Assembly (NCBI GenBank): GCA_050084985.1
Contig: JBITNC010000001.1
Location: 84,816,001-84,880,000, forward strand
Length of the DNA stretch: 64,000 bases
Direction of reading: 5' to 3'
From: Nageia nagi
Taxonomy: Eukaryota; Plantae; Pinophyta
The position numbers and the translations under genes are program-made. This document shows, in pieces, positions 42,201 through 55,499 of the stretch (within the stretch, counting starts at the first letter, position 1; the number at the start of each line of letters is the position of its first letter). The notes beneath the pieces are model-generated. The model did not search any database, was not told the DNA's origin, and saw nothing but the letters and a program-made list of their open reading frames with translations.

Positions 42201-43470
42201 CAATTTATAATTATTTTACAACACATTTCCAACACTTTAAAGAGACTATTTCAAATCAAGAGCAAAATAAATACTTTTTACCTTCATAGTACCTTTCTTA
42301 GTAGGAACCACCATGTACCCCTTTGTAATCACCTCCAAGAGTTTTTCATCCCAATGTTGGAACTAAAGAAATGATCAAGAGATGATAGAAGCTCCTTATT
42401 TTTGATCATGTGGTGTGATCAATCACCATCAAGAACCCAAGTTTCATCCTCTTTTTCTTGTGAAAGAAGTGCTTTGGCTCCATGATTCTCTTCTTGGAAA
42501 ATAGAAAGAAATAAGACATCTTCTTCATTGGAATCTTCTTCCCCATAATTTTCATAGGAATATTCTTCCCCATAATTCCTTAATATATTATTTTGAAAGG
42601 ATTGTTTTAGCCTACACTCTCTCTCAAAATGGTCAAATTTGTTACAATGATAGCATTGCACATTCCTCTTGTCTCTTCCTCTACCTCTTGTACTATATAT
42701 CCTTTTAGTACTTGCACTTACACTAATGGCTTAGTGACCATATGAAGTCTGATCTCTTCCTCTTCCTCTTACATAAGAGCCTCTCCTTCCTCCTCTTTCA
42801 TTCTAATCTCTACCTCTGGAGCCTCTACCTTAACCTCTTCCACTAGTATTGTCATTCTCTCTAGTTGTGAATGCTTGTTCTTCACTTGTGCCAACATTGG
42901 ACCTTCTCAAAAATCTCTCTTCATGAGATGTTAGAGATTCAACCAATTGATCAAAACCCATAGTGGAAAGATCTTTAGTTTCTTTAATTACAAAAGCCAC
43001 ATTATCCCATTTTGGTAATAAAGTCCTCAAGAGTTTTTTAATTACCAAGGCTTTGTCTAAATCATCACCAAGGGTGGCCATTTTGTTCACTATGGCCTTC
43101 ACCCTTACATAATAATCACCCACACTCTCATTTTAAAACTTTTTGAGATTCTCAAAATCTCTTCTAAGGGTCTAAAGATTCACCTCCTTCACTTTGACAC
43201 TTCCTTAGTAGCCTTATTTCAAGGTTTTCCATGCATCAATAGTGACTCGATAGGCCAAAATTTTGAAAAACTATTCTTATCAAGAGCATCCTAGATATGT
43301 GACAAAGCCAAGAAATTATTCTTCTTATTCTCTTTGGTCTCTTTCTTTGCATACTCTCTCAAAACACTTCAATCATATGACTCTTTATATCCATCTTCAA
43401 TAATGTCCCACAAGTATTTTCCTTCCAAGAGATTCACCATCTAGATACTCCAATATTCATTATCTAATCC
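39240..43470 (-). pseudogene. pol: Copia gag-PR-INT-RT-RH polyprotein (disrupted)
   Basis: gag KLLRTLLPKWD; CYHCNKFDHFEREC knuckle; WVLDG; CEGCALGK; LVHSDLC; VERKN; HHMDVKSGFL; LYVDDL; FSDSDW. Confidence 0.96.
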
Positions 43471-43638
43471 ATCAAATTATGGTATTGGTATTGATTTTGA
43501 GTTATTTTCCATGATAGTAGGTCTTCAACACAACTTGGATCTACAAATGAAATTCTTTCCAAATATTTTTGCAAGATACCCATAGTTTTTTTAAACCCAA
43601 AAAAACTCAATCTCGATCTACTTTCTCTAATACCAAAA

Positions 43639-44132
43639 TGAAGTTTTAAACATTCACTCAACATTCACAATCACATTATACAATTAAAAAATTGGCATAG
43701 ATCTAGAAAATATAGTGGAATTCTTATTATGATATTTCATCAAATAGTTTGCTTTACAAGTATAGGGTGCCATTTATAAGTTACATCAAATGATTTCACA
43801 CTCCAACCCAAAAATGAGTTAAGAACACTTATTTATACATGCTTAAGCTAAAAAGTTGAAAATGGTAAGTAAAATGAACTAGAAGGTACAAGAAAATGAG
43901 TAAAAACTATTTAGCAGTTCACCCTATATTGCTTAGAACTAACAAGATGAAATAGGGTTGCATTTTAGGCCAAACGTAGTGGGTGGGCATGTTTTTGCAA
44001 AATGTGGGAGCATTTCCTAAATAAGGTAGTGTTTCATCTTCAAACATAGTGTGGGGCTATGTTTTGTTAGTAAGAGTGCAATTTGACTTGTTGAGCTCAA
44101 ATTTTGGATCCTCATAAAATATACTTACAACA
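43639..44132 (-). repeat. Copia 5' LTR
   Basis: Adjacent to the PBS; direct repeat of 38697-39224. Confidence 0.93.
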
Positions 44133-45155
44133 TCCCTTATGCAATAAGATATAGAATATCATTCTCCAAAAGGCTTGAACTGGTTTATACTATATCCTCT
44201 TCATTCATGGTAAGAGCAATAGGCTTCTTGGTTATCAAACCTCAAACTATCATCTTGAGTTATTTTATTCATTAGTTTCAATAATCATTTTTTGATAAGA
44301 TCATGTAAAATAAATCTTGGTGCAATAGGAAAAGTATGTGTATAGTCTCTTTATGTAGTAGATCTACTTAGAACATGTGCCTCATCCATATTCACATTTC
44401 TTTCCTCTTTTTTAACATAGAGTTTATGACCATACTTATTATATGAATTGTAAACATACTTGATTGTCCCAAGCTTAGGAAAATTCCTTTGTTTTACCAA
44501 TATTCCCTTTTTCATGATGCCAAATCTTATTTTAGTATAATCAAGTGCATATTGCTTAATAACCAAAAGAATAGATTCAACAAAAATACCATAACTTTTA
44601 GTTTCATATAATTCACTTCATATGCATTGCCATACCTTATAGAATCTTGGAATATACTTATCTAGGTCTTCATTATACCCTTGATACAAGGTACATAATT
44701 CTCTAATGGTGGGATACTCTTTGATGTTGTACTTATATTTAATCATGAATACCTTCACTAATGACTAGAAAGAATTAATTGAATCTAGTGATAGGTTGTA
44801 GAACCATTGAATAGAATCATCCTTCAAACTCCTTGGGAAGAATTTGGCCATCAAATTTTATTTAGATCCCAATTTCAATAAGAACTCCTAAAATATTACA
44901 AGATATTTTTTTGGGTTTGAATCACCAATGAACATCTTGAACTTAGGAGAATTGAGGTCAGGTGGTAACTGAAAGTTGTGGATATCTTCCAACAAGGTTA
45001 AAGACACCATTATAGTCTTCCTACTCTTTTAGGATCTCTATTGATTCTCAAGCTTCAATAACCTTTCAACTATAGAAACATCATGATAATTTTGATTGAT
45101 ATTGTTTGAATCTTACATGTATCAAGAGCCTCTTTAAGAAATATTCTAAAATAAT
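44133..45155 (-). pseudogene. gag: gag of copy B
   Basis: KFFPRSLKDDSIQWFYNL retrotransposon-gag motif; colinear with 9220-10060. Confidence 0.88.
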
Positions 45156-45906
45156 TCTTTCAAATAAAAGTGACCCTTTTTAGTATCACTTGAATCTTGA
45201 ATATCTAACTAGTATGTGTAGGCTAGAGAAGACCCTATAAGCATAAACTACAAAAACAAATTGATTAAGTATGTGTAGACTAGAGAAGACCCTATAAGCA
45301 TAAACTACAAAACAAACCTGATTAAAAACCCTTAAGGAGGCTTCTTCAAGCCATCCTTTCAAAGTAAAAGCTCAAATGATCATAAAGTAACCAGCTCAAG
45401 GTAGTGTTAAGAAACACCAAAGTTTACCTAACAATGTCATTTTTTTGATGATGGTACTAGATGCAGCTGATTGGAGCCCAAAATGATGCCAAATAATTCT
45501 TCCTAACAAAACATGATGACCCAAGGCATTTCAAAAACATGTGGGTGTTTCTAAAATGGGGGGAATTTCTCTATAAAAATACAAGAACCTCAAGCATTTC
45601 AAAACTTGCAAACATTTAAGGTAAAATTTTGAAATCATGAGACAAAATATGACTTATACATAAATAGAATACAAATATAAGGTTGAGAGATGAGATGGGT
45701 ATGTCTTTGATCTGATGAGAGAAAAAAAACTTGAAATGACTAATTTCTAGCTTTTTACCAAGACCAATGCTTCCCAATCACTTCTCCAAAGGCTTGTGAG
45801 AAATTGTTGAATGTAATAGATTCAAAATTCATCACTTCCAAGACTCAAGAATTAACAAATTTGAAGCCCAACAATTGCACCAATTTCTATCCTCAAAATG
45901 GAGATG
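45156..45906 (-). repeat. Partial 3' LTR of C
   Basis: Matches only 58990-59656; contains a 57-bp tandem duplication at 45211-45325. Confidence 0.85.
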
Positions 45907-46199
45907 GATAAAATGAACTAGGAAAAAGGGTAGAACACTAGAGAAAACATAGATGCGTAGACAAAAGATGAAAAAAGAGAAATCTTGGACAAAACTAAAC
46001 CTAAATAGAGGAAGAAATTGGAAACACAAGGGGTTCCAACATTTTTGAGGTGGAAATGTAGGGGTACCCATGTTTTCCTCTTGGAAACATAGGGGGGCCT
46101 GCATTTTGCAAGGGTTGAAAAATAAAATGCCATGACCTTGGGTGTTTCTAATAAAAATAGATTTTTTGGCATTTTGGATAGGTTAATGAGAGGGTGGAC

Positions 46200-47900
46200 A
46201 TGCATCATCGATTCAATTCCATATGGAACCTTCTTTAATAAAAGATGAATAACATAGATTGGGAGTGGTTCTTCACTTTTGGGATTGGCTACATTAAGAT
46301 GATGGATCCCATCACTTGTGATAGTAGATACATGAGACCATTAGTGAAGAGATGGGACTCCTCCACCAACACCTTCACCCTACCCATGAGAGAGTGCATG
46401 ATCAATCTCAAGAAAATCTAGCAGATATTTAGGATCCCACTAGATGGAGAGCCTATGATTGAGATAGGAGTATATGGTAGGTAAAAGGTAATGGTGATAG
46501 GATTGATTGGAGTAGACTAGTGGTGCATGTATTGATTATGAGGTTATCTATAGATACAATCTATGCAAGGTATGTCTTGTGTTTATGATGGTCATCATTG
46601 CAACACACATCTATCTAAACCCTTTCAGGGTGCTTTTCCCCTCAAAGCTATGCGATGTGCTTTGATGGATGTATGAGGATGGGATAGTTTTTGCATGGGG
46701 GCCAGCATTGCTAGTGTTGGTTTATAGAGATTTGGTAGAGATTTAGCTATGATGGCATGCTCCCTCCTCCTATAGATCTAGATATGGGAGCACATCTAAG
46801 TAGGTAGGCTAGTAGGGCTTCTATACAACATCCATGCAGAGGTGAACATAAGATGGGGAGATGCAAGCATAAAGGCACCCTATGCCTTGAGATGGGGTAG
46901 ATAATTTGAGCCTAGGAGGTGGCATCCCCACACTTGGGAGTTAAAATTATATAGACTAGTGGTCACACAAATGGGGCCATAGGACTTTGGGTGAAGGTCA
47001 TATCAAAATGGATCAAGGTGGGTAGACGATGGAGGGTAGATGAGAAGGATCTTGAGATCAAGGTGGGTCAGGACTAGGTAAGAGGAGGTTGACTTTATCT
47101 ACTTTTATTAGGTGGTTTTATAGGTAGGATTAGTACATGATGTGCCTAGGGAACTTATCTTATTTAGTAGGGCTAGGCTAGATGTCCTTCTAGCAATGAT
47201 CTATGTAGAGGTGGGATCAAAGTTGGATCCTCGAGCTATGGTATTGATGGTGAGAGAGGTAAGGACTACACCTACATATGATCAATATTGGGTAGGATAG
47301 TTGCTAGCAGTGACTCCCCCAATAGGTGGGGATGGAGGTGATAGAGGGGTGGTAATAGCTATGGATGTAGGTGGAGGGGATGGTGGTGATGGAGGATGGG
47401 ATAGGGGAGATGGTGGAGATGATGGTGGTGATAAGGATGGAACTCAAGGCTAGGGTATGGGTTATGGATGAGAGGACTAGGGGATTAGAGTTGCATGGAT
47501 GGGTCCTCCTATGATGTAGAAGGGGAGAGACATGGTAGCAACATGCATGAGGATAGTGCAGTTGGAAGAAGAGTTGATAGCAACACAATAGCAAATAGCC
47601 ATGCTAAAGCAAAAGGAAGTACATTAGTGCATTACTACATTAGAGAAAATCATATATGGGCAAACTCATCACCTTAGGTAGGTGACTAAGCTGGTCATGG
47701 TCTATAAGGAATTTAGTAGGATTAAGCATTCAATTCTAGACATGCCATGACAATCAAGGACAAGGATGAGTTAGGGTATGCAGGGGACCCCCATAACATC
47801 ATAGGGCTCCCACCATCACACAAGGTAGTTGAGTCGCTCACACCACCACCCTCTCAACCTTTAGGTTCACATCCATCGAAGAGGCATGGGTGAGATGGAC
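46200..47900 (+). pseudogene. Plant Mobile Domain (aminotransferase-like, MAIN/MAIL-type) ORF, antisense to C
   Basis: LVKRWDSSTNTFTLPMRECMINLKKI*QIFRIPLDG (46341), FAWGPALLVLVYRDL (46690), LLL*I*IWEHI (46764), DFG*RSY (46983), then a Gly/Asp-rich tail. Confidence 0.85.
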
Positions 47901-48229
47901 ATGTATGATGTGTACTATATGATGGATGCTATATATATGTATATTTATTTTTGATAACTAGGAGGCCATTTTTTGATATAAAGGCTTATGTTTTGATGCA
48001 TGAATGTTATATATGTGATTCCTATGTGGATGTAAGGGATAGTTTAGATGCATGTTGTAGATGTGTGTTTATGATTTAGACTATGTTGTGATGGATGCAA
48101 TGCATGTTTTATATGGATGCAATGCAGTTTTTGATGTTTATGATCTATGTCTATATGCAATATTCTAATTTTAAATGGTTGTTTATATGTGCATGAAAAA
48201 AATGAACATGTATGGATAATTACATGCAA

Positions 48230-48620
48230 AAGTAAATAAAAAGGAAAAACAAAAAGTGATAAGTAAAAGACAAAGATAGCAAGATTAGATTAAAATGGCA
48301 AAAATGTGATAAATATTTTTATAAAGATAACAACAAGGATAATAACAAAAATATCATCATAAAATAAGCAATTGAAAAGTGTAATGAAAATGAAAAACAA
48401 GACATGATAAAAAATTAATGAGATAATAAAAAGATAATAGGACAATAAAAAGATAACAAGACAGTAAAAAGATGAAAAAAAAGATAACAAGACAATGAAG
48501 TTGCTAACAAAACAATAAGATTACAATTAAAAGATCTATAAAATGATAAGTAAAAGATTAAAAAGATAAACAAAATGGACAAATAATGGTAACAATGGTC
48601 ATAAACAAAGGAAACATCCA
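48230..48620 (+). repeat. A-rich degenerate (GAYAA)n low-complexity tract
   Basis: Repeated AAGATAA/AAGACAA/GACAAT motifs. Confidence 0.7.
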
Positions 48621-50399
48621 ATTTATGATTAAATATGGGACAAAAATATGAAAAGAAGAGGGCAAAAAAGACTCACTAGATAGAATGAAAACATGTCATA
48701 ACCACATATTTATAAACTCAATTTAATTCAAGAACAACAATATGTAAAAATAAGGACTCAAATGGTATGTAAAAATGCAATTAAAATGGACCAAAATAAG
48801 AATAATATGTAAAAATATGTAAAAATAATTTGAACACTTTTGAAAAAGTGAAAAATGTCCAAGTTTGACACTCAAAAACAAGTTACCATCATGTCAATTT
48901 AACAAACAAATTTTATGATATGATAGATGGATGAAAAATCTAAATGTTAGAAAAAATGGCTTGAAAAATGGATCTTGTTTGACCTATTTTTGAAGCAAAA
49001 ATCAGAACCAATTTTAACTTTGCAAAAAATGTTTAGTGCTCATTGAAAGTACACCATTACAGGTAGCCTTGGAAATAGCTTGCAAAAACTGAGCAAATGA
49101 TAAACTTAGATTACAAAAATTTACATTCCAACTTCATTTATATTGGTGAAGGATTAGAGAAAGATACATCAAAAAATGAACAAAGTCTGATATTCCGAAA
49201 TGCAAAATCAAATAGCCAATTTTGATAAGGGTCAAATTTCAAGACCGATGGTCCTAAAATAAAATGTACTTGGAAATGGTTACAAAATAAGTCAAAATGA
49301 ATTGCTAAGGCATGATAAGACATAACAAGACATAATAAAACAAAATAGAAAGGTAGAATAAGCAAATGACACAAATCAACATAGGTTGAAAAAGTGCACA
49401 AAATGGCCAAGTAGTTAACTTGGGAAGACAAAAGTAAATAGAAATGCAATAAAAGTGCAAGAACATGTATGGAATATGATTGCATATAGAACTATGGATT
49501 AGAAAAAATAAGGTGAAAGGGAAATCAACATGGTCAAGCAAGTTTTTGAAGGTCAAATGAAAGCAAGAAAGGTCAAAGTGACAAAGGTGACAAAGTAAAA
49601 AGTTCAACAAAATAAGATAAAATGACTTAAAAATTAACAAAAGTAGACATAAAAGAGATCAAATTACATCATAAAAAAATGAAGGGACAAAATAAAACTA
49701 AAAATGGATTTGGGGTTGACTTCCATCTTAATGTGTAGAAGGAGCTCTTTTGTCAAGTAATTTCAGATATTGCTAAGTAGTGTCATTCAATGGCCCCAAC
49801 ATATGAATGCAATGATGAAGGATGGGGGACTATTAATGTGGTAAGACAAAAATGACATTATTCAAAAAGAAGATAGAAAAAAATTGAGTTCCATATTAAT
49901 ATGTAGGACATGTACTAGCTCCATACCAGACTAGGTAGAAGAGATTCATCCCACGATCAGCATCATGATGGTGATATATACATAGTAAATGGTGATAAAG
50001 AAAATATAAGAAGATATAACTAGATTAAGTGTGGATAGGATATGAGTAACTTGTGTTTTTCATGCACCCAAAATAGGTAGGATGACATTAAAAAGTGGGA
50101 TAACATTGAGTATCAACTCCAAATGCAATGATATAAAGTGATGATACAAGAAAAATGATAAATGAAAGGGAACCTTGAACCACTTACTATAGTTCTTGGA
50201 AACCTTTTCATAATGCCAAGATAAGATAAAGGGAGGATTATGATTAAGGGACATGCTATGTAAGACTCTTCATTTTTTGAATTTTATATTTTCTATGTTT
50301 AATTTTGTGCTTATGAAATGTTTTACTTTTTTGGTATTTTCTATTTTTAAATATTTTTGGCAAAACATTTTCTAAATAGTTGAAGGTTGTGAAGTATAG

Positions 50400-53300
50400 G
50401 TGTATAAAGGATGAATGTGAATGATGTTGATTGGTTAAACCTCTTCAAAACCATCCAAGGATGCCAAATTTTATGCTCTAGAACTATATTTTCTTATAAA
50501 AATGTAAGGACCCAACCAATTAGGTGTAAACTCACCTCATTCTACTTTTGGTTGAATTGTCATTTGCTGAGTCTCCTTTAAGATAAGGTCACCAAATTTA
50601 AATTATTGATAATGCACTTTCTTATTATAAGTTATTTTAATGCATTCTTTGTAGATCCTCAAATGTTGTAGTGCACTAATACATTTCTCATCAAGTAAAT
50701 CAAGTTGGGTAAGCAGATCTTGCCTATAAGTAATGTTATACATAAATTGCTATAGAGAAACATGAAGGGATGGGATTTCAAGTTCAATGGGTAAAACAAC
50801 TTTATTACCATAGACAAGTGAAAAAGGTGTAGCTCCACTAGGTGTTCTACTGCTTGTTCTATAAGCCCACAATGCATAATAAAGTTTAGTATGCCAATCC
50901 CTTTGTGAATTGCTAACAAACTTTTGAAGTGCTTTAACAATAGTTTTATTAGATGCTTCAGCTTGTCCATTGTATTGAGAGTATTAATATGTGGAGAAAC
51001 TTATATGGATATGGTATTTTTCACATAATGCTCAAACATCCTTATTTTTAAAGGGGAGTCCATTATCCATGATTAATTTAGAATGGATTCCAAATCTGCA
51101 AATAAGATTGGTCTTAATGAATTCCATAATTTTAAGTGCTTTAATTTCAATCAAGGGCATGGATTCTACCCATTTAGTGAAGTACTTTATGGTAGTGATT
51201 ATAAATTTATGTCCTTATGAAGAATGCGGATATAATTGGTCAATGACCATATGGTTGCAATGGGTTACAAGTCTTGAGAAGGTAAATGCTAAAGGTTTGC
51301 AAATTGTTGGAAATTAATGCATTTAGAAACATAAGAAACATAATATTTTTCAACTGTTAGCCAAAAGTATCCCATTCTCAAAAAACATTTTGCATTTGCT
51401 ATGCCACTAATGTGACCACCACATATGCCATCATGTGCTTGTGATAATGCAAGGGGTATTTCATTAGGTTCAAGACATCTTAAAAGGTTGCCTTCATAGC
51501 CTCTTTTATAAAGGATATCCCCCAACAAGGTACATTTAGCACATTTTTATTTGAAACATATTTTTTCAATCTTAGTCATATCTTGGGGACAAATACCAAA
51601 CTTGAGAAAATCTTTTATAAGAGCATACCAAGGATTAACATTGTTAGCTTCAATTTGGTTAATGATGGGTCCAACAATGTAAGAAGGATTATGCAATATG
51701 GTGATATGGATAATGATATTATCTTGATTATCTTGGAAAGGTATGGGGGAACCCAAGGAAGTAATGGTATCTGCAAATCGATTGGTGGATCTTGGGGAGG
51801 ATTCAATGGTGTAGTTATTAAATTTTATGAGGATTTGATCCATAATAGATTTATACTTTTTAAGCACCTCATTATGGCATTGATAAGTGCAAAGAACTTG
51901 GTTTACAATTAATTAGGAATCACCAATGATTTTAATACTTTTGAAATTTAACTTAATTATAGTTTGAAGACCAAGGACAAGGGCCTCATATTCAGCCATG
52001 TTATTAGTGCAAGGAAATTTGAGTTTAAAAGATAAAGGGATTGATGATCCTTGAAGTGTAATAAAACAATACTAGCACCACCCCCTTGTTTGCATTTAGA
52101 ACCATTAAAGAAGAGCGTAATGTCAAAGTCCTCCTCTTTGGTGTCAACAAATTACCCATCTTCAAGAAAAATAAAAATGGAATCATTAGGAAAATCAAGT
52201 GCTAAGGGTTGTGAATCATGCAATGGAGCTTCAATAAGTTGATCAATAATAACTTGCCATTTAATATATTTTTGGTTCACAAACTCAAGGTAAAATTTAT
52301 TTAATAACATTATCCATTTAGATGTGCATGAATTAACATATGCATGGCTCATTAAGTATCTCAAAGGATCACCTTTAGTAACAACATAAGTCATATGATT
52401 TAGCATATAATGTTTTAACTTACATGTTACAAATACAATAACAAGGCATAACTTCTTAATATGGATTTAACTCACTTCATATTCAAAAAGAGTTCTACTT
52501 ATGTAATAAATAGCTTGCTCTTTGTTCATGTCATTCTTTTGTGCCAACATGGTTCCGATGGCAATGTCTATAGCAAAAATGTATGAATGAAATGGTATGG
52601 AGGGATTTAGTGGGATCAAAATAGGGGGTGATAAAATATATTTTTCAATTTGGTCAAAATATTCTTGACACTTATCTTTCCATTCAAACTTAACTCCTTT
52701 CTTTAAAAGGTGATTAAAAGGTTTGCACTTGTCAAATAATTGGGCAATGAATATGTAGATTGCATTAATTTTATCAGATAAGCTTCTTATCTCTTTAAGA
52801 TTGTAAGGGGGAGGAATTTTAGTTATAGCTTTAATTTTAGCAATATTGACCTCAATACCTCTTCATGAAATAATATAACCCAAAAGTTTTCCAAAAGTCA
52901 CACTAAATACACATTTTTTTTGGATTAAGTCTTACATTATGCTCTATAATTCTATCAAAAATCTTTGTAAAGAATTCAAGGTTTGTATCTTTAGTCTTGG
53001 ATTTGGCCAAAATATCATATACATAGCATTAAACAATGTTACCCATGTAGTCATGAAATATTTACATCATGGCACATTAGTTTGTGGCACATGCATTATT
53101 TAAACCAAAGGGCATGACCTTATAGCAGAAGGTTCCCCAACGTGTTGTGAATGCAATTTTATGTTGATAATTTTTGGAAATATGAATCTAATTATATCCA
53201 CTAAAACCATCCAAGAGTGAAAGCATTTCATGACTTGTAGTTGCACCTATGATATTGTCAATGCTAGGTAGGGGAAAATCATCTTTTGGGCAAGGTTTAT

Positions 53301-55450
53301 TAATATCTCAAAAATTAGTGCATATGCAAATACCTCTTATCTTTTTACCAATAGGAACAACATTGGAAATCCATGTAGGATAATCAATAGTTGTAATAAA
53401 ACTAGCATCCAATTTTTTTTTAAGTTCTTCTTAAATAAGGAGAGTAATTTTTGGATGCATTTTTTATAGTTTTTGCTTAATGGGTTTTGCATATTTTTCA
53501 AGAATAAGATTATGAACAACAAGATCTAAATCTAATATACACATATTAGAATATTTCAAAGAATTTTTTTTAATATACTTCTTAAGAAGTTGAATGAATA
53601 ATTCTTACTCTTCTTTAGAAAATATCTTGCTAGGTAACATAATATGAGGATTATTAGGATCTTCACCAATGTCAACTTCAATTGTTTCTTCAACATGCAT
53701 ATGAGAAGTGTCATCCAATTGGGAAGGTAAGGGTAATATATTAAGTTCATCATGCTCATATTGTGAATTATATTTATCAAAATATTCCTCCATGTTTAGA
53801 ATAGCATTCTCATAAGAATCAAAATTAGGACATTCTCCAAAATAAGCATCCATGTTTAAAAAAGAAGGATAAATATCCTTATAACAAGAAGGCAAATGAG
53901 TATATCCACCAAGGTGGTTAACTATAGATTCATCACATGGAAAATAGTCAAGAGGGATAGGAGCATTATCAAGAGAAAAGTCAACACAATCAACATTGAG
54001 AGGAATTCTATGCAATCCAGTGTCTAAAAAGTATGTTAAAGGTGTATATAAATATATAGACAATGTGCAATTAGAATGGTAAAATTCAATATTAGGATCA
54101 TGCATGACAAAATTGACATAGAAAAAGTCCCTCATTTCAATGTGTACAAAATCTTGAGTAAATTCCCCATAATCATGATTAAGCATGAAAGGTGGAGGGG
54201 ATGAAGCAATGTGATATTCAAGAGGCATGATCATATTGAAAAAAGGATTGAAACAAATTTCAAAAGCATCAAGGCATTGATCAAAGAAAAAAAGATTTTC
54301 AACCACATAAAAAGAGGTTGATATAGGTCTAATGTTTAGGGTAGGTAAGATTTCATGAGAAAGAGTATTAACAAATAAAATTTCTAAATATATCTCCTCT
54401 TCAACTTCATCATAAGGAAGTTGAGTGATAGAAAGGGCCTCTTGAATAGATGTTTCTCTTTCACATGAAATGACATGAGGTGCACTAATGATTAAAGCTT
54501 GTTTTTGATAACCCAAACTAGATTTATGAAAAGGGTAAATGTTGTTCAACAATTCCATTTTTAAACTTACCAAGGCCTTGATCTTTCCAACCATAAGTCT
54601 CATCAAAATATTGAGAAGCAATGGAAAACTTAGATAAATGTTTAGGAGGAACACAAGAAGATAAATAAGAATGAGGTTCCTTACTAGATTAAATAGTAGT
54701 TTATATAACATTATTCTCTTTAATGAAGGAGATGGGTTTAATACCTATCTCTTTTGATGGAAGGGAAGTTAAAGGATGTCCCATATATCTAAGAGAAGGA
54801 ATGGTAGGTAAGTTGAGAATTTAATTTTGCAATTTGTATTCTCTAACTTGAGGTGATGTATATGAAACAATGGTTTTACTATTTGACTCTTCACTAGAAG
54901 GAACCTCAATAGAAACAACAACAGCAGAAGAAGTAATAACACTATCATGCATAATGTGAGAAGATGTAGAAACATTAGGATTTACAACATTAGAAGTGGA
55001 AGGTGGAACAAAATTCATAAGATGAGTAGAAGATAAAAAATCATCATAAGAAGGAATAAATTTGCAATATTGAAATTGTTCAACATTAGCTTTGACACAT
55101 GCTAATTTGCCTTCATGAATAAATTTTATGCATTGATACAATGTAGAAGGTACACACTTCATTTGATCTATCCATGGTATTCCAAGTAGTAGGTTACATT
55201 GTAAGGTTCCTTCAATAATATGGAATAAATCATGCAATGTTCTTGGTCCCACCTTGAGGGGCAATACTATAGTGCCCATAGTGGTAGAAATAGTATCATT
55301 GAAAGCCCTTAGTTTTAAGGTGGAAGAGGGTAGACTACTTTGAGGTATGTTAAGATGTTGTAAAGTTGAAGAAGAAATAACATTTAAAATTGAACTATTA
55401 TCAATCAAAACTCTTTTAAAATTTTGGCCCTCCATGAAAGTAATAATGAA
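50400..55450 (-). pseudogene. pol: pol of C (protease, long linker, RT, RH, aRH, integrase)
   Basis: RVLIDNSS; LLLGIPWI; CPKDDFPLPSID; AFTTRWGTF; WIMLLNKF; aRH LFFNGSKCKQG..NNMAEYEAL..IGDS; INT AHDGICGGH..GYFW..C; GPYIF. Confidence 0.93.
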
Positions 55451-55499
55451 AAGAGAAGGGTAGGTTCAAAGAAGTCCTGACTCAATAATCTCATGTTCA

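Larger units (their letters stand above)
38697..44132 (-). mobile_element. Ty1/Copia LTR retrotransposon, full length and degenerate
   Basis: LTRs 38697-39224 and 43639-44132 (TG..CA); perfect TSD TCCCT at 38692-96 and 44133-37; iMet PBS CTCTAATACCA 43625-43635; PPT CTCCCTCTT 39227-39235. Confidence 0.96.

Noticed and set aside
47304-47594. His/Pro/Ser/Thr-rich minus-strand ORF
   Set aside because: Antisense shadow of the Gly/Asp-rich tail of the PMD ORF
48044-49640. Hydrophobic Phe/Leu-rich ORFs as env-like membrane proteins
   Set aside because: They translate a T-rich low-complexity strand in several frames and show no motif support
53605-54711. 368-aa ORF as a stand-alone or host gene
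   Set aside because: It lies between protease and RT of element C on the same strand and runs into the RT-proximal TIEVDIGE motif, so it is a polyprotein linker
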